A stretch of DNA of 64,000 nucleotides. Source: Vicinamibacteria bacterium (GTDB lineage Bacteria > Acidobacteriota > Vicinamibacteria > Marinacidobacterales > Marinacidobacteraceae). A program made the translations under genes and the position numbers. The stretch covers positions 608,001-672,000 of the forward strand of contig OZ219815.1 in assembly GCA_964291235.2 (NCBI GenBank). Direction: 5' to 3'. Of this stretch, positions 1 through 7,986 are shown one piece after another; the stretch's first letter is position 1, and each line of letters starts with the position of its first letter. The notes below the pieces were generated by a model. The model made no database searches and was not told where the DNA came from. It saw only the letters and a program-made list of their open reading frames with translations.

Positions 1-150
1 AATCGAGCCTCCGAACCTGATCGGAGCGCACGCCCCCTCCGATCGGACCTCCCGGCGGGAGTTCCACCTCGAGGGGATACCCCTTCCGCGGAGGACGGCG
101 CACCAAGAGCGTCCGGCGCCCACGTTGGCGGAGCGCAGCATCATCGGGGC
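1..150 (-). pseudogene. Degraded MazF/PemK-family toxin remnant, running off the window edge
   Basis: Minus strand reads RKGYPLEVELPPGGPIGGGVRSDQVRRLD, resembling MazF/ChpA KGYPFEV...GVILSDQVKSLD. No intact N-terminal part in the same frame. Confidence 0.5.
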
Positions 151-207
151 TGGTTTCGCGCTCCGGCGCGGCCCCAACCGGAGAAGTGGCCGCCGGCGAC
201 CAAAGCG

Positions 208-240
208 AAAGGCCCGCCGCCCCGAAGGGCGACGGGCCTT
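208..240 (-). terminator. Intrinsic terminator of the TonB-dependent receptor gene
   Basis: Hairpin AAGGCCCG-CCGCCC-CGAA-GGGCGA-CGGGCCTT, followed by TTT on the minus strand, about 25 bp after the stop at 265. Confidence 0.75.
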
Positions 241-264
241 GAAGGTGCTTTGGCTAGAGGATCC

Positions 265-3174
265 CTAGAAGGTCAGGCGGGCGCTGAGGCCGATCGTCCG
301 GCCCTGGATCCACTCGATGGTGTTCCGGTACGCCCCGCCAGCGCGCATGATGAAGTTGGTCTCCGAGGCGTTGTTCAACGCGTTGAAGACATCCAGCATG
401 AACTGGATCTCGGCGCTGTCGCCGAGGCTGACCGCCTTGTCCACCCGGAAGTCGACGATCGAGACGGTGTCCGAACGGCGGTTGTCCAGGTGGTCGAGGA
501 AGATCGTCTGGGTTCCCACGTTTCCGATGCCCACGCTCAGGAGCGGCGCCCACGGGAAGCCGCTGACGTAGCGGAGCGTTCCGGCGACACCGACCTCATA
601 AGGCATGACGTAGCGTGCCGCGCCCTTGAACTGCCAGTTGGTCACGCTCTGGATGAGCGGGATGAAGCCGTACTGGTAGGTCCAGCCGACCCCGACCGGG
701 TCCGTCGTGAGCGGGCTCGTGGACTGGCCAGGGGTCCGGCCTTCGTTCCGCCACTGGTAGTCGAAGTAGGCGTTCCAGAAGAAGTTGTTCCGGAACCGCC
801 GGTTGACACCCAGCGAGAGCGTCGTCCAGTTGAAATCCGCTTCGCCGTCCGGCACGTTCGTGACGAGGTTTTCGCTCGTCGGAGCGCCGTCCGGGAGGTC
901 GTGCACCGTCAGCATCGTGCCGGCAAGTCCGTCAGGACAGGCGGCAGGGCAGGGAACCTGCTTGGTGTTCGTCAGTTTTCCGGCCCGGGCGATGTTCAGG
1001 GGTTCGAAAAATGCGCCCGTCTGGCGCTTGTGGACGAGCGAGGCGCGGAGCCCGAGGTCGTTGCCAACCTGGTGCTCGAAGGAGGCGCTGACCTCATCCA
1101 CATAGGGCTGTGTCGTGTTCGAGTCCACCGCGCTGCCGGTCGGAGGCACGCTGAAGTCCGAGCCGAGTCCGGCACCCGTGCTGCCGCCGAGACGATCGCC
1201 CAGTTCGTGCACGCCGTCGAAGAGGCCGTTCATGTTCTGATCGAGGAATCCGTAGGTGACGCTCTTGTTGCCACCGGGGTTCGTACTCTGCCATCCACTG
1301 TTCATGTTGTGGTAATAGCGTCCCCCGTAGCCCTTGACGACGGTGCGGCCCTCGCCGGTGACGTCATAGGTGAAGCCCACGCGCGGCGCGATGTTCCACC
1401 AACTGATCACGTTGCTGTTTCCCTGAATTTCGGCGCCAGGTCCGAACAACTGCGGTAGCGCCCCGGCGACATTCGCGTCGATGTCCGCGATCTCGCGGAT
1501 GCAACCGACGACTGCCTGACAGGTGCTGCCCGGCACGTTGTTGGAACCGAGGTACCCGATCCGCTGGCTTCCGAAGCGGACACCCGCGTTGAGCGTCAGC
1601 CGGTCCGTCAACGTCCAGACGTCCTGGGCGTAGAAGTCGATGTGGGTGTTCCGGTCCTGGTTGAAGTTCGGGAAGCTCTGGAAGTGGATCTCGTTCACGT
1701 TTTGCGGCCGCGGCGGATCCTGTGCGCTGTTGTCGAGGTAGCGCACTGCGCCCGAGTTGGCGTTCCAGCCGAACTGCCGCTCGTCGATCTGCATGTCCCA
1801 GCCGAACTTGAAGTCGTGGCTGCCGCTCTCGGTGGGCAGGTAATAGTTGAACTGACCGGTCGAGTGGGGCTTCCAGCGGTTGAAGGTGAACGGCCTCCAG
1901 CCGGCGCCCGACCAGAAGCTGGTGCCCGAGTCGAAGCGCGGCGGATTCGTCGCCGGATCCACGGCAGGCGTCATCGGCCAACCGAAGCCGAAGTGGTTCA
2001 CCTGGATGTTGCTGTAGAGCCGGTCGCTCCAGACTCGCTGCCACTCGGCCTTGTGCAGCCAGCTCCACGAGTCCTGCGCCAGGATGGATTCCGCCGGGCG
2101 GTTCGCCGAGAGACCCCGGAAGGGCTTCTGCTTCAGCGACCAGTGGTGGAAAGTGATGAACTGGTCCCGCTCGGTGATCTGCCAGTTCGCCTTCACCGTG
2201 AACATGTCGAAGTCGCCGAGGTCGGTACCCTCCGATTCGGGCTGCCCGGAAATGATCCGGTCGATGACGAACCGGTTGTAGGCAGCGTAGAACCACGCCT
2301 TGTCCCGCACGATCGGTCCGCCGAGATCGATGTGCGCCTCGTAGAACTCGATCACCGGCGCCGTGGTGCCGCCGCGGCCCATCAGGTCCGACGTGATGTT
2401 GTCGTTGATCCAGTCGGGCGGCTCGTAAGCGAAGTGCTCGGTTCCAGAGAAGTCGTTACCGCCGCTCTTCCACACCGCGTTCACCGTCGCGCCCGGGGTG
2501 TTCGATTCCACATCGGCACCCTGCGCGGACACCTGGAACTCACCGATCGCGTAGAAGTCGTAGTAGCCGCCCGCGCCGCCGGTCCCCTCGGTGGTGTTCA
2601 CACCGTCGTTGATGATCCGGTTCTGTCCCCGGACCCCGAAGGTCTCGTAGCCGGACTGCTGGCTCTTGTGGGACCCGCCCACGTCATAGCCGCGCATCCG
2701 CACGCCCGGGCTCTGCTGGAGGACCGCCCACATGTCGGTTGCCGACGGGACGTCCTCGAGCTGGGTGGTGTCGAAGGTTGCCGACACACCCGTCGTCTTC
2801 ACGTCCACCACCGGGGATTCGCCCGTCACGGTGACGGTCTCGGCGACGGTCGCGATGTCCATCGTGGCGTTGATCTCGAAGGTCGAGCCGCCAACCACGG
2901 TGATGTCCTCGAAGACGACGGTCTGGAAACCGCCGAGTTCGAAGGTCATGTTGTAGCTGCCGCCGACGAGTTGGGCGAATCGGTAGGACCCGTCCACGTC
3001 GGTGGTCGCGCTCCGGGCGGCCACGAGTTCATCGGACTCCAGGGTCACCGTCACTCCGGGGAGCACGAGGCCCTGGGCGTCGCTCGCGGCGCCCTCAAGG
3101 CGCCCGTAAATCTGCTGGGACAAGGCCGCACTGGGCCATGCCACCAGCAGCGTAAAGAGAATGAGTTTTCTCAT
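265..3174 (-). CDS. TonB-dependent receptor, Oar-like, with N-terminal carboxypeptidase-regulatory-like domain
   Basis: Signal peptide MRKLILF...; LPGVTVTL and ETVTVTGESPVVDV motifs; PRVGFTYD; C-terminal ARLTF. AGGAGG RBS before ATG 3174. Confidence 0.9.
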   Translation of the reverse strand: MRKLILFTLLVAWPSAALSQQIYGRLEGAASDAQGLVLPGVTVTLESDELVAARSATTDVDGSYRFAQLVGGSYNMTFELGGFQTVVFEDITVVGGSTFEINATMDIATVAETVTVTGESPVVDVKTTGVSATFDTTQLEDVPSATDMWAVLQQSPGVRMRGYDVGGSHKSQQSGYETFGVRGQNRIINDGVNTTEGTGGAGGYYDFYAIGEFQVSAQGADVESNTPGATVNAVWKSGGNDFSGTEHFAYEPPDWINDNITSDLMGRGGTTAPVIEFYEAHIDLGGPIVRDKAWFYAAYNRFVIDRIISGQPESEGTDLGDFDMFTVKANWQITERDQFITFHHWSLKQKPFRGLSANRPAESILAQDSWSWLHKAEWQRVWSDRLYSNIQVNHFGFGWPMTPAVDPATNPPRFDSGTSFWSGAGWRPFTFNRWKPHSTGQFNYYLPTESGSHDFKFGWDMQIDERQFGWNANSGAVRYLDNSAQDPPRPQNVNEIHFQSFPNFNQDRNTHIDFYAQDVWTLTDRLTLNAGVRFGSQRIGYLGSNNVPGSTCQAVVGCIREIADIDANVAGALPQLFGPGAEIQGNSNVISWWNIAPRVGFTYDVTGEGRTVVKGYGGRYYHNMNSGWQSTNPGGNKSVTYGFLDQNMNGLFDGVHELGDRLGGSTGAGLGSDFSVPPTGSAVDSNTTQPYVDEVSASFEHQVGNDLGLRASLVHKRQTGAFFEPLNIARAGKLTNTKQVPCPAACPDGLAGTMLTVHDLPDGAPTSENLVTNVPDGEADFNWTTLSLGVNRRFRNNFFWNAYFDYQWRNEGRTPGQSTSPLTTDPVGVGWTYQYGFIPLIQSVTNWQFKGAARYVMPYEVGVAGTLRYVSGFPWAPLLSVGIGNVGTQTIFLDHLDNRRSDTVSIVDFRVDKAVSLGDSAEIQFMLDVFNALNNASETNFIMRAGGAYRNTIEWIQGRTIGLSARLTF

Positions 3175-3584
3175 GCTGCTTGGTCCTCCTTGGGGGGTCG
3201 GAAGCATGGAAAGGAGAAAGATGTCAGTCAGGAGTAGCAACGGCCGGACCAAGGGGGCCGACCGAGCCGTTTCCGTTCCTAAGTCGTTCTGAATTCGTTT
3301 TGTTACGTCCGCACCTCGCGGTGCCGAAATCCAAGTAATTCACCCCAATATTCGTTTTATTGGAGCCGAACAGCCAATTGTCTTGAATCTCGTAGGCCCC
3401 TGTCAACCCGGGAAGGTCGGTTCTGGGCTCATCAGCGGCGCCCCAAGACGCGGACCGGGCCTCCGGATGCCGGGGGCTGTGCGGTCCAATACGGCTGATC
3501 GGATCGTGCGGCGACCCTGGCGCTGCTCCAGGGCGACCACCGAAGAGCGCGGATTCTTTCCGTTGGGATGCCGATAAGAAACGG

Positions 3585-3968
3585 AGTGCGAAGAGTCTCG
3601 ACGGACCGCTGACTCCCGAGGAACGCGGCGCGCTCTTCGAAGGATGGACCCATGGCCTCCTCCGGACGTACGCCGGGGAGCGGGAGCTCTTCGATGACAT
3701 CCACTATTGGTCACCCGCCGAATCTCGGACGGAAGTGGATTTCCTTCTCCGCCGTGGCCGGGACTTCCTGGCCGTCGAGGTGAAGGCGGGCGAGCGCTAC
3801 CACCCCACGATGCTCCGGGGGTTGCGCGCCGTGGACGAGCTACCCGGCCTGGTCCGCCGGGTTCTGGTGTACGGCGGGCGTCGCTCGTTCCGGACCGATG
3901 ACGGAATCGAGATCTGGCCCGCTGTCCGGTTCGCCGCAGAACTCGCCGCCGACAGCCTCTGGCCCTGA
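3585..3968 (+). pseudogene. 5'-truncated AAA-14/DUF4143 ATPase, C-terminal part only
   Basis: Frame reads PEERGALFEGW...IHYWSPAESRTEVDFLLRRGRDFLAVEVKAG, a typical DUF4143 C-terminus. No Walker A domain or proper start upstream. Confidence 0.7.
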
Positions 3969-4055
3969 TCGGCCCGGTGGGCAAGAGCGCGCCGAGCGCC
4001 GAGACGCTCCCGGTTCGCCGGCTGGTGTCCGGCCCCCCCTTAGACTCCGCATTTC

Positions 4056-5402
4056 GTGGAAGCCCCCCTCCCCTTCCGGACTGCCGGAGCAGCTCTCACC
4101 GCCAACCCGCTGCGCACGGCGCTTGCGCTGATCGGGCTCGTCATTGGCGTCGCCTCGGTCATCACCATGGCGGCGCTCGCCTCGGGAGCCCGGGCCGCCG
4201 TAGCCGACGACGTTCGTTCCGCCGGAACCAACATCATCATCGTGCGGGCCGGCAACTACATCCGGGGAGGCGATGCGGTGAACATCCCTTCCGGCTTCGG
4301 CCGCGCCGACACCCTGACCCCGGAAGACGCCGAGGCGATCCGAGGCGTTGCGGACGTGGCGATGGTGAGCCCGGTGGTCGAGGAAAGGACGGGACTGCTC
4401 TCGGATGCCGGAGACTCGTTCGCGCAGGTCCACGGAGTGTCCGCCGAGGGGCCCCGGATCTACCAGGTGCGCTTCCAGGACGGCGAGAACTTCACCGCCG
4501 CCGACGTGCGGGAGCGGAGGGCGGTGGTGCTGCTCTCGTCCCCGGTGGAGGCCGAGCTCTTCCCCGGGCGTTCCGGGGTCGGGCGCTCCGTTCTGATCCG
4601 CGACCGCGAGTTCGAGGTCCGAGGCGTCTATCAGTCATCCGACCGGAAGCTTGCGGAGGCGGCGATGGTCCCCCATACGCTGCTCGCCGACATCGTCGGG
4701 CGCGACTATCTGCAGGCGGTCGCCATCGCCACCGAACGGGCCGGCGACGCCTCCCGGGTGGGTCGCGACGTGGCCAACCTGCTTCGTGAGCGACACCAAC
4801 TGACCCGCTCCGCGCCGCCAGCGGAGGCGAGCGCTCCGCATGCCTTCCGGCGCGGAACGCGCCTGCCCGATGACTTCGTGGTGCGAACCCAGGCGACCGC
4901 GGCGCTGACCCAGGGCCTCTACACGACGGCTGCCGCCTTCGTGCTCGCCTCCATGCCCAAGCTAGACGAGGTCACCTCCGAGGAGATGGTCGGCACGCTC
5001 AACCGCGCCACCTCGACCATGACTCTCCTGCTCGGAGCCCTCGCCGGGGTCTCCCTCATCGTCGGGGGCGTCGGGATCATGAACGTCATGCTGCTCGCCG
5101 TGACCGAGCGGACGCGGGAGATCGGACTGCGGCTCGCGGTCGGAGCGCGCCGCCGCGACGTCTTGTGGCAGTTTCTTGCGGAGGCAGTGGGCCTCGCAGC
5201 GCTCGGCGGCCTCTTCGGGGTCGCGCTCGGCGGGCTGTCATCCGCGCTCGTGGAGACGATGTTTGGATGGCGGACGCTGATTCCCACGCTCGCAATCGCG
5301 GGCGCCGCCATCCTCGCGATGGGGGTGGGAGTGTTCTTCGGCTGGTATCCGGCCCGGCGGGCGTCGAGACTCGACCCCATCGTGGCCCTCCGCTCCGAAT
5401 AG
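4056..5402 (+). CDS. MacB/FtsX-family ABC transporter permease
   Basis: LRTALALIGLVIGVASVI; GGVGIMNVMLLAVTERTREIGLRLAVGA; PARRASRLDPIVALRSE. Confidence 0.92.
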   Translation: MEAPLPFRTAGAALTANPLRTALALIGLVIGVASVITMAALASGARAAVADDVRSAGTNIIIVRAGNYIRGGDAVNIPSGFGRADTLTPEDAEAIRGVADVAMVSPVVEERTGLLSDAGDSFAQVHGVSAEGPRIYQVRFQDGENFTAADVRERRAVVLLSSPVEAELFPGRSGVGRSVLIRDREFEVRGVYQSSDRKLAEAAMVPHTLLADIVGRDYLQAVAIATERAGDASRVGRDVANLLRERHQLTRSAPPAEASAPHAFRRGTRLPDDFVVRTQATAALTQGLYTTAAAFVLASMPKLDEVTSEEMVGTLNRATSTMTLLLGALAGVSLIVGGVGIMNVMLLAVTERTREIGLRLAVGARRRDVLWQFLAEAVGLAALGGLFGVALGGLSSALVETMFGWRTLIPTLAIAGAAILAMGVGVFFGWYPARRASRLDPIVALRSE

Positions 5403-5501
5403 AACGTGCCTCCAGGCCGGCACTGCCCCGCGAAGCGGGGCGGCGGGAGCGAGCCCCGCAACTCCACGTTGGTTCCCCCTCTCGGCGGGGATCCCAACAG
5501 C

Positions 5502-6032
5502 CTAGGGCTCAGGCTTCGGGGCTTCGGGAGTCGGAAGCGGCATTCCAGTGTGGGGGTCCACCGTCGGAGGCTCCATGATGAACGGAACCTCGATCTCGTA
5601 GGGAGCGCCCTCGAACCGGAAGTACACGATCGCTACGGTGTCCTCCGTGTCGATCGGACGCCCGCCCGCGATCCACGCTTCGCCGAACTCATCGATCCGG
5701 GGCCGGAGCGGTTCGAGCTCTTCTCCCGCATCCCCAACGCGCCGAATACTGATCCGCACGTCCTCCGCGACCGCGGCGGGCAGTTCGCTGCGCGTCGCAT
5801 CCGAGAAATAGAGCCGATGCTCGCCCTCGGCGGTGAGCACGACCTCGAAGTGGAGGTCGCCGTGCATGAACACGTACCCCCCGTACCGCGGGGAGTGATC
5901 GCCGTGGGCCATCATCATTCCCCCCATGGCCGCCATGTCGTCCATCCCGTCCGCGGCCGGTTCTTCGGCGGGGGCGCCGCACCCGGACACCACGAGGATC
6001 GCGAGCACCAAGAGGCGCACCGGGCGAATCAT
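5502..6032 (-). CDS. Met/His-rich lipoprotein, putative metal binding
   Basis: Lipobox VSG-C; MDDMAAMGGMMMAHGDHSPRYGGYVFMHGDLHFEVV; GAGG upstream of ATG 6032. Confidence 0.75.
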   Translation of the reverse strand: MIRPVRLLVLAILVVSGCGAPAEEPAADGMDDMAAMGGMMMAHGDHSPRYGGYVFMHGDLHFEVVLTAEGEHRLYFSDATRSELPAAVAEDVRISIRRVGDAGEELEPLRPRIDEFGEAWIAGGRPIDTEDTVAIVYFRFEGAPYEIEVPFIMEPPTVDPHTGMPLPTPEAPKPEP

Positions 6033-6050
6033 CAGAGCCTCAACCAACCG

Positions 6051-7367
6051 TCAATTATGGGGTGACGACGCGAGGAGACGAATGAGTTCGGCCGGACTCA
6101 TGGCTTCGCGGATCGTCAGCAGGATTCTGGACAGGCGGTCGGACGGTGAGAGTTGGGGATCGATGAGGCCCTCGAGCGCGGCGCCGAAGCTTGGATCGGC
6201 AGCCGGGCGTACGAGAGCGTATCCGCCGAAGCGGTCGGCATGCGCGAGAAGGCCGTGAGGGTCCGGCACCAGGGCCTCGAAATCGAGCGCGCGCAGCGCC
6301 TCCAGGCGACTGAGCTCACCGTCCAGATACCCGGCGAGCACCCGCGACACCACGGGTTCCAGAGCCCGCAGCGACTCGTCCACGGGGGTCCCCGGCGCCA
6401 GCTCTTCGAGAGCCGCCGCCAACCCTTCGAAGACCGCGGTCCGGGGACCGTAAAGCGGCACGATCCCGAGTTCGGGCCACCCCCTGGTCTGGAATTCCCG
6501 ATCGGCGACCGCCGCCTGCAGGTGGTGGCCGGGGACCCCTTCGTGACAGGCCAGGCGCTGTAACTCCTTGGATCGCAGCCGAAGGCCCGCCGGGAGCCAC
6601 AGTGCCCCGCGTCCCTCCCCGGCATACCGGTAGAAAGGAGACGGCCCGGTGGGAAGCCTCGACGCCTCTGCAGGGGTTATCCAGTGGATTCCAAGCGGTT
6701 CCAGGCCGATGTCCACGGGCTCCGGGAACGCCAGTTCCCGGCAGCCGGCGAACGCCTCCCGCAGGCGGCCTTCGGTCCCTTCCCGAGGCGCGTCGGAGCG
6801 CTCGTAGTGACGGCGCACGCGTACCTTGAGGGGCGCGACTCCCTCGAGGGCGCGATCCACCCGGAAGTGAAGCCGCTCCAGGTCCACTTCGGGCTCGTTC
6901 CAGTCGAGACCGAAGACCTCACGAAGCTCTTCCGCCACCGGCCGCTGATCCCCGAGCAGTTTCCGGGCGCGAAACGCGAGCGCGCGGAGCGACGCCTCGA
7001 TGCGGCGCACCCGGAATTCTTCTTCGGTACGCGCCATCTGCCCCGCGCCGTCGGCAAGACGCCCGGCCCGCTCGGCAATTTCCCGGAGCTCGAGGTCCAG
7101 GGGCTCCAGAGGAGCGTCGAGGAACACCAGATCCAGGAACAGCGGATCGCGCTCGTGGAGCGCGAAAGCGAGTTCCACATACCGGCCGGCGAGCTCGTCG
7201 GCCGTCCTTGGGGCGGGATTCGCCGCCGGTGGTGGCGCGGGGCCGCAGGCGGCCCAGAGAATGAGAGCCACCGAGGCGAGCTGCGGGAGACGGAAAAGAG
7301 TGCGGAAGGCGCGGATTCGGGAAGCGTATGCGGGGTAAATCCCGGATGCAGCCGCCATCCCGGGCAT
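6051..7367 (-). CDS. Short DUF885-like lipoprotein with zincin-type HExxPGHH motif; start uncertain
   Basis: CHEGVPGHHLQ and downstream VFEGLA motif as in DUF885; lipobox WAA-C. Confidence 0.7.
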   Translation of the reverse strand: MPGMAAASGIYPAYASRIRAFRTLFRLPQLASVALILWAACGPAPPPAANPAPRTADELAGRYVELAFALHERDPLFLDLVFLDAPLEPLDLELREIAERAGRLADGAGQMARTEEEFRVRRIEASLRALAFRARKLLGDQRPVAEELREVFGLDWNEPEVDLERLHFRVDRALEGVAPLKVRVRRHYERSDAPREGTEGRLREAFAGCRELAFPEPVDIGLEPLGIHWITPAEASRLPTGPSPFYRYAGEGRGALWLPAGLRLRSKELQRLACHEGVPGHHLQAAVADREFQTRGWPELGIVPLYGPRTAVFEGLAAALEELAPGTPVDESLRALEPVVSRVLAGYLDGELSRLEALRALDFEALVPDPHGLLAHADRFGGYALVRPAADPSFGAALEGLIDPQLSPSDRLSRILLTIREAMSPAELIRLLASSPHN

Positions 7368-7460
7368 GACAGCCCGGCAGACAAGGCGGCGCTTCTTGGC
7401 GTGGCGATCCGCCGTCGTCGTTTGAGTTGACGTTGTCGGGGGTGACCAAGCTTGGGAGTC

Positions 7461-7681
7461 AGGAGCGCCGGCCTCCAGGCTGGCATCGCGGCCGCAGGTC
7501 GCGAAACTCCCATCGTCAACCGGCCAGGATGGCGCCGCAGCCCGGCAGTGTGGCGCTGCGCCACTCGCGCGCCCGTACGGCCACGCGCGGTCATCGCTTG
7601 GGTCGGTGTTGTGGACGCAGATTGAGTCTGGGAGTTTCGCTTCGCTATGCGAAGCGATGCCGGCCGGAGGCCGGCGCTCCT
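7461..7681. repeat. Inverted pair of REP-like palindromes (7461-7511 forward, 7630-7681 reverse)
   Basis: AGGAGCGCCGGCCTCC(A)GGCYGGCATCGC-hairpin-GCGAAACTCCC present in both orientations. Confidence 0.8.
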
Positions 7682-7705
7682 GGCACTCCTTGCACTCCTC
7701 GCCCT

Positions 7706-7734
7706 TTGACGGCCGCCGAGCCGGGGCATATCTT
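7706..7734 (+). promoter_or_regulatory. Sigma70-type promoter of M20 paralog 1
   Basis: TTGACG-17 bp-TATCTT, homologous to the promoters at 9736 and 41071. Confidence 0.7.
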
Positions 7735-7921
7735 CTAGCAGCCTGTGGAGGAAGTGACGCGAGCACCGAGAACGGGGAGGCGCCCGGCTGACAAGGCGCC
7801 CGAGGGAGGAATACCAGGTGTATTCCGACCGAAGGGCAACGATGAGGGTCGCGTAGCGACCCGGTTCAGCCGGGATGCATCGCCGTTCGAATGCCGCGTG
7901 ACTTTCTGCACAGGCTGCTCA
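7735..7921 (+). mobile_element. 187-bp MITE-like structured element, copy 1
   Basis: CTAG-CAGCCTGTG...CACAGGCTG-CTCA; aligns end to end with the reverse complements of the copies at 11512 and 14122. Confidence 0.85.
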
Positions 7922-7986
7922 AAGTGACCGCTCGCTAGGCGCGATGGTGCGGTCACGGCTCCGTTCGACTCAGGGAGGAGACTCTG

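Noticed and set aside
250-3237. Long plus-strand ORFs opposite the TonB receptor, and the many other antisense ORFs in the track
   Set aside because: Typical GC-rich shadow frames with no motifs, lying opposite well-supported genes.
7735-7921. Hammerhead ribozyme in the element (CTGA...GAA)
   Set aside because: The copies read CTGACAA or CTGAGAA rather than CUGANGA, and GAAA is not conserved. The CTGA is also paired with TCAG in the rod.
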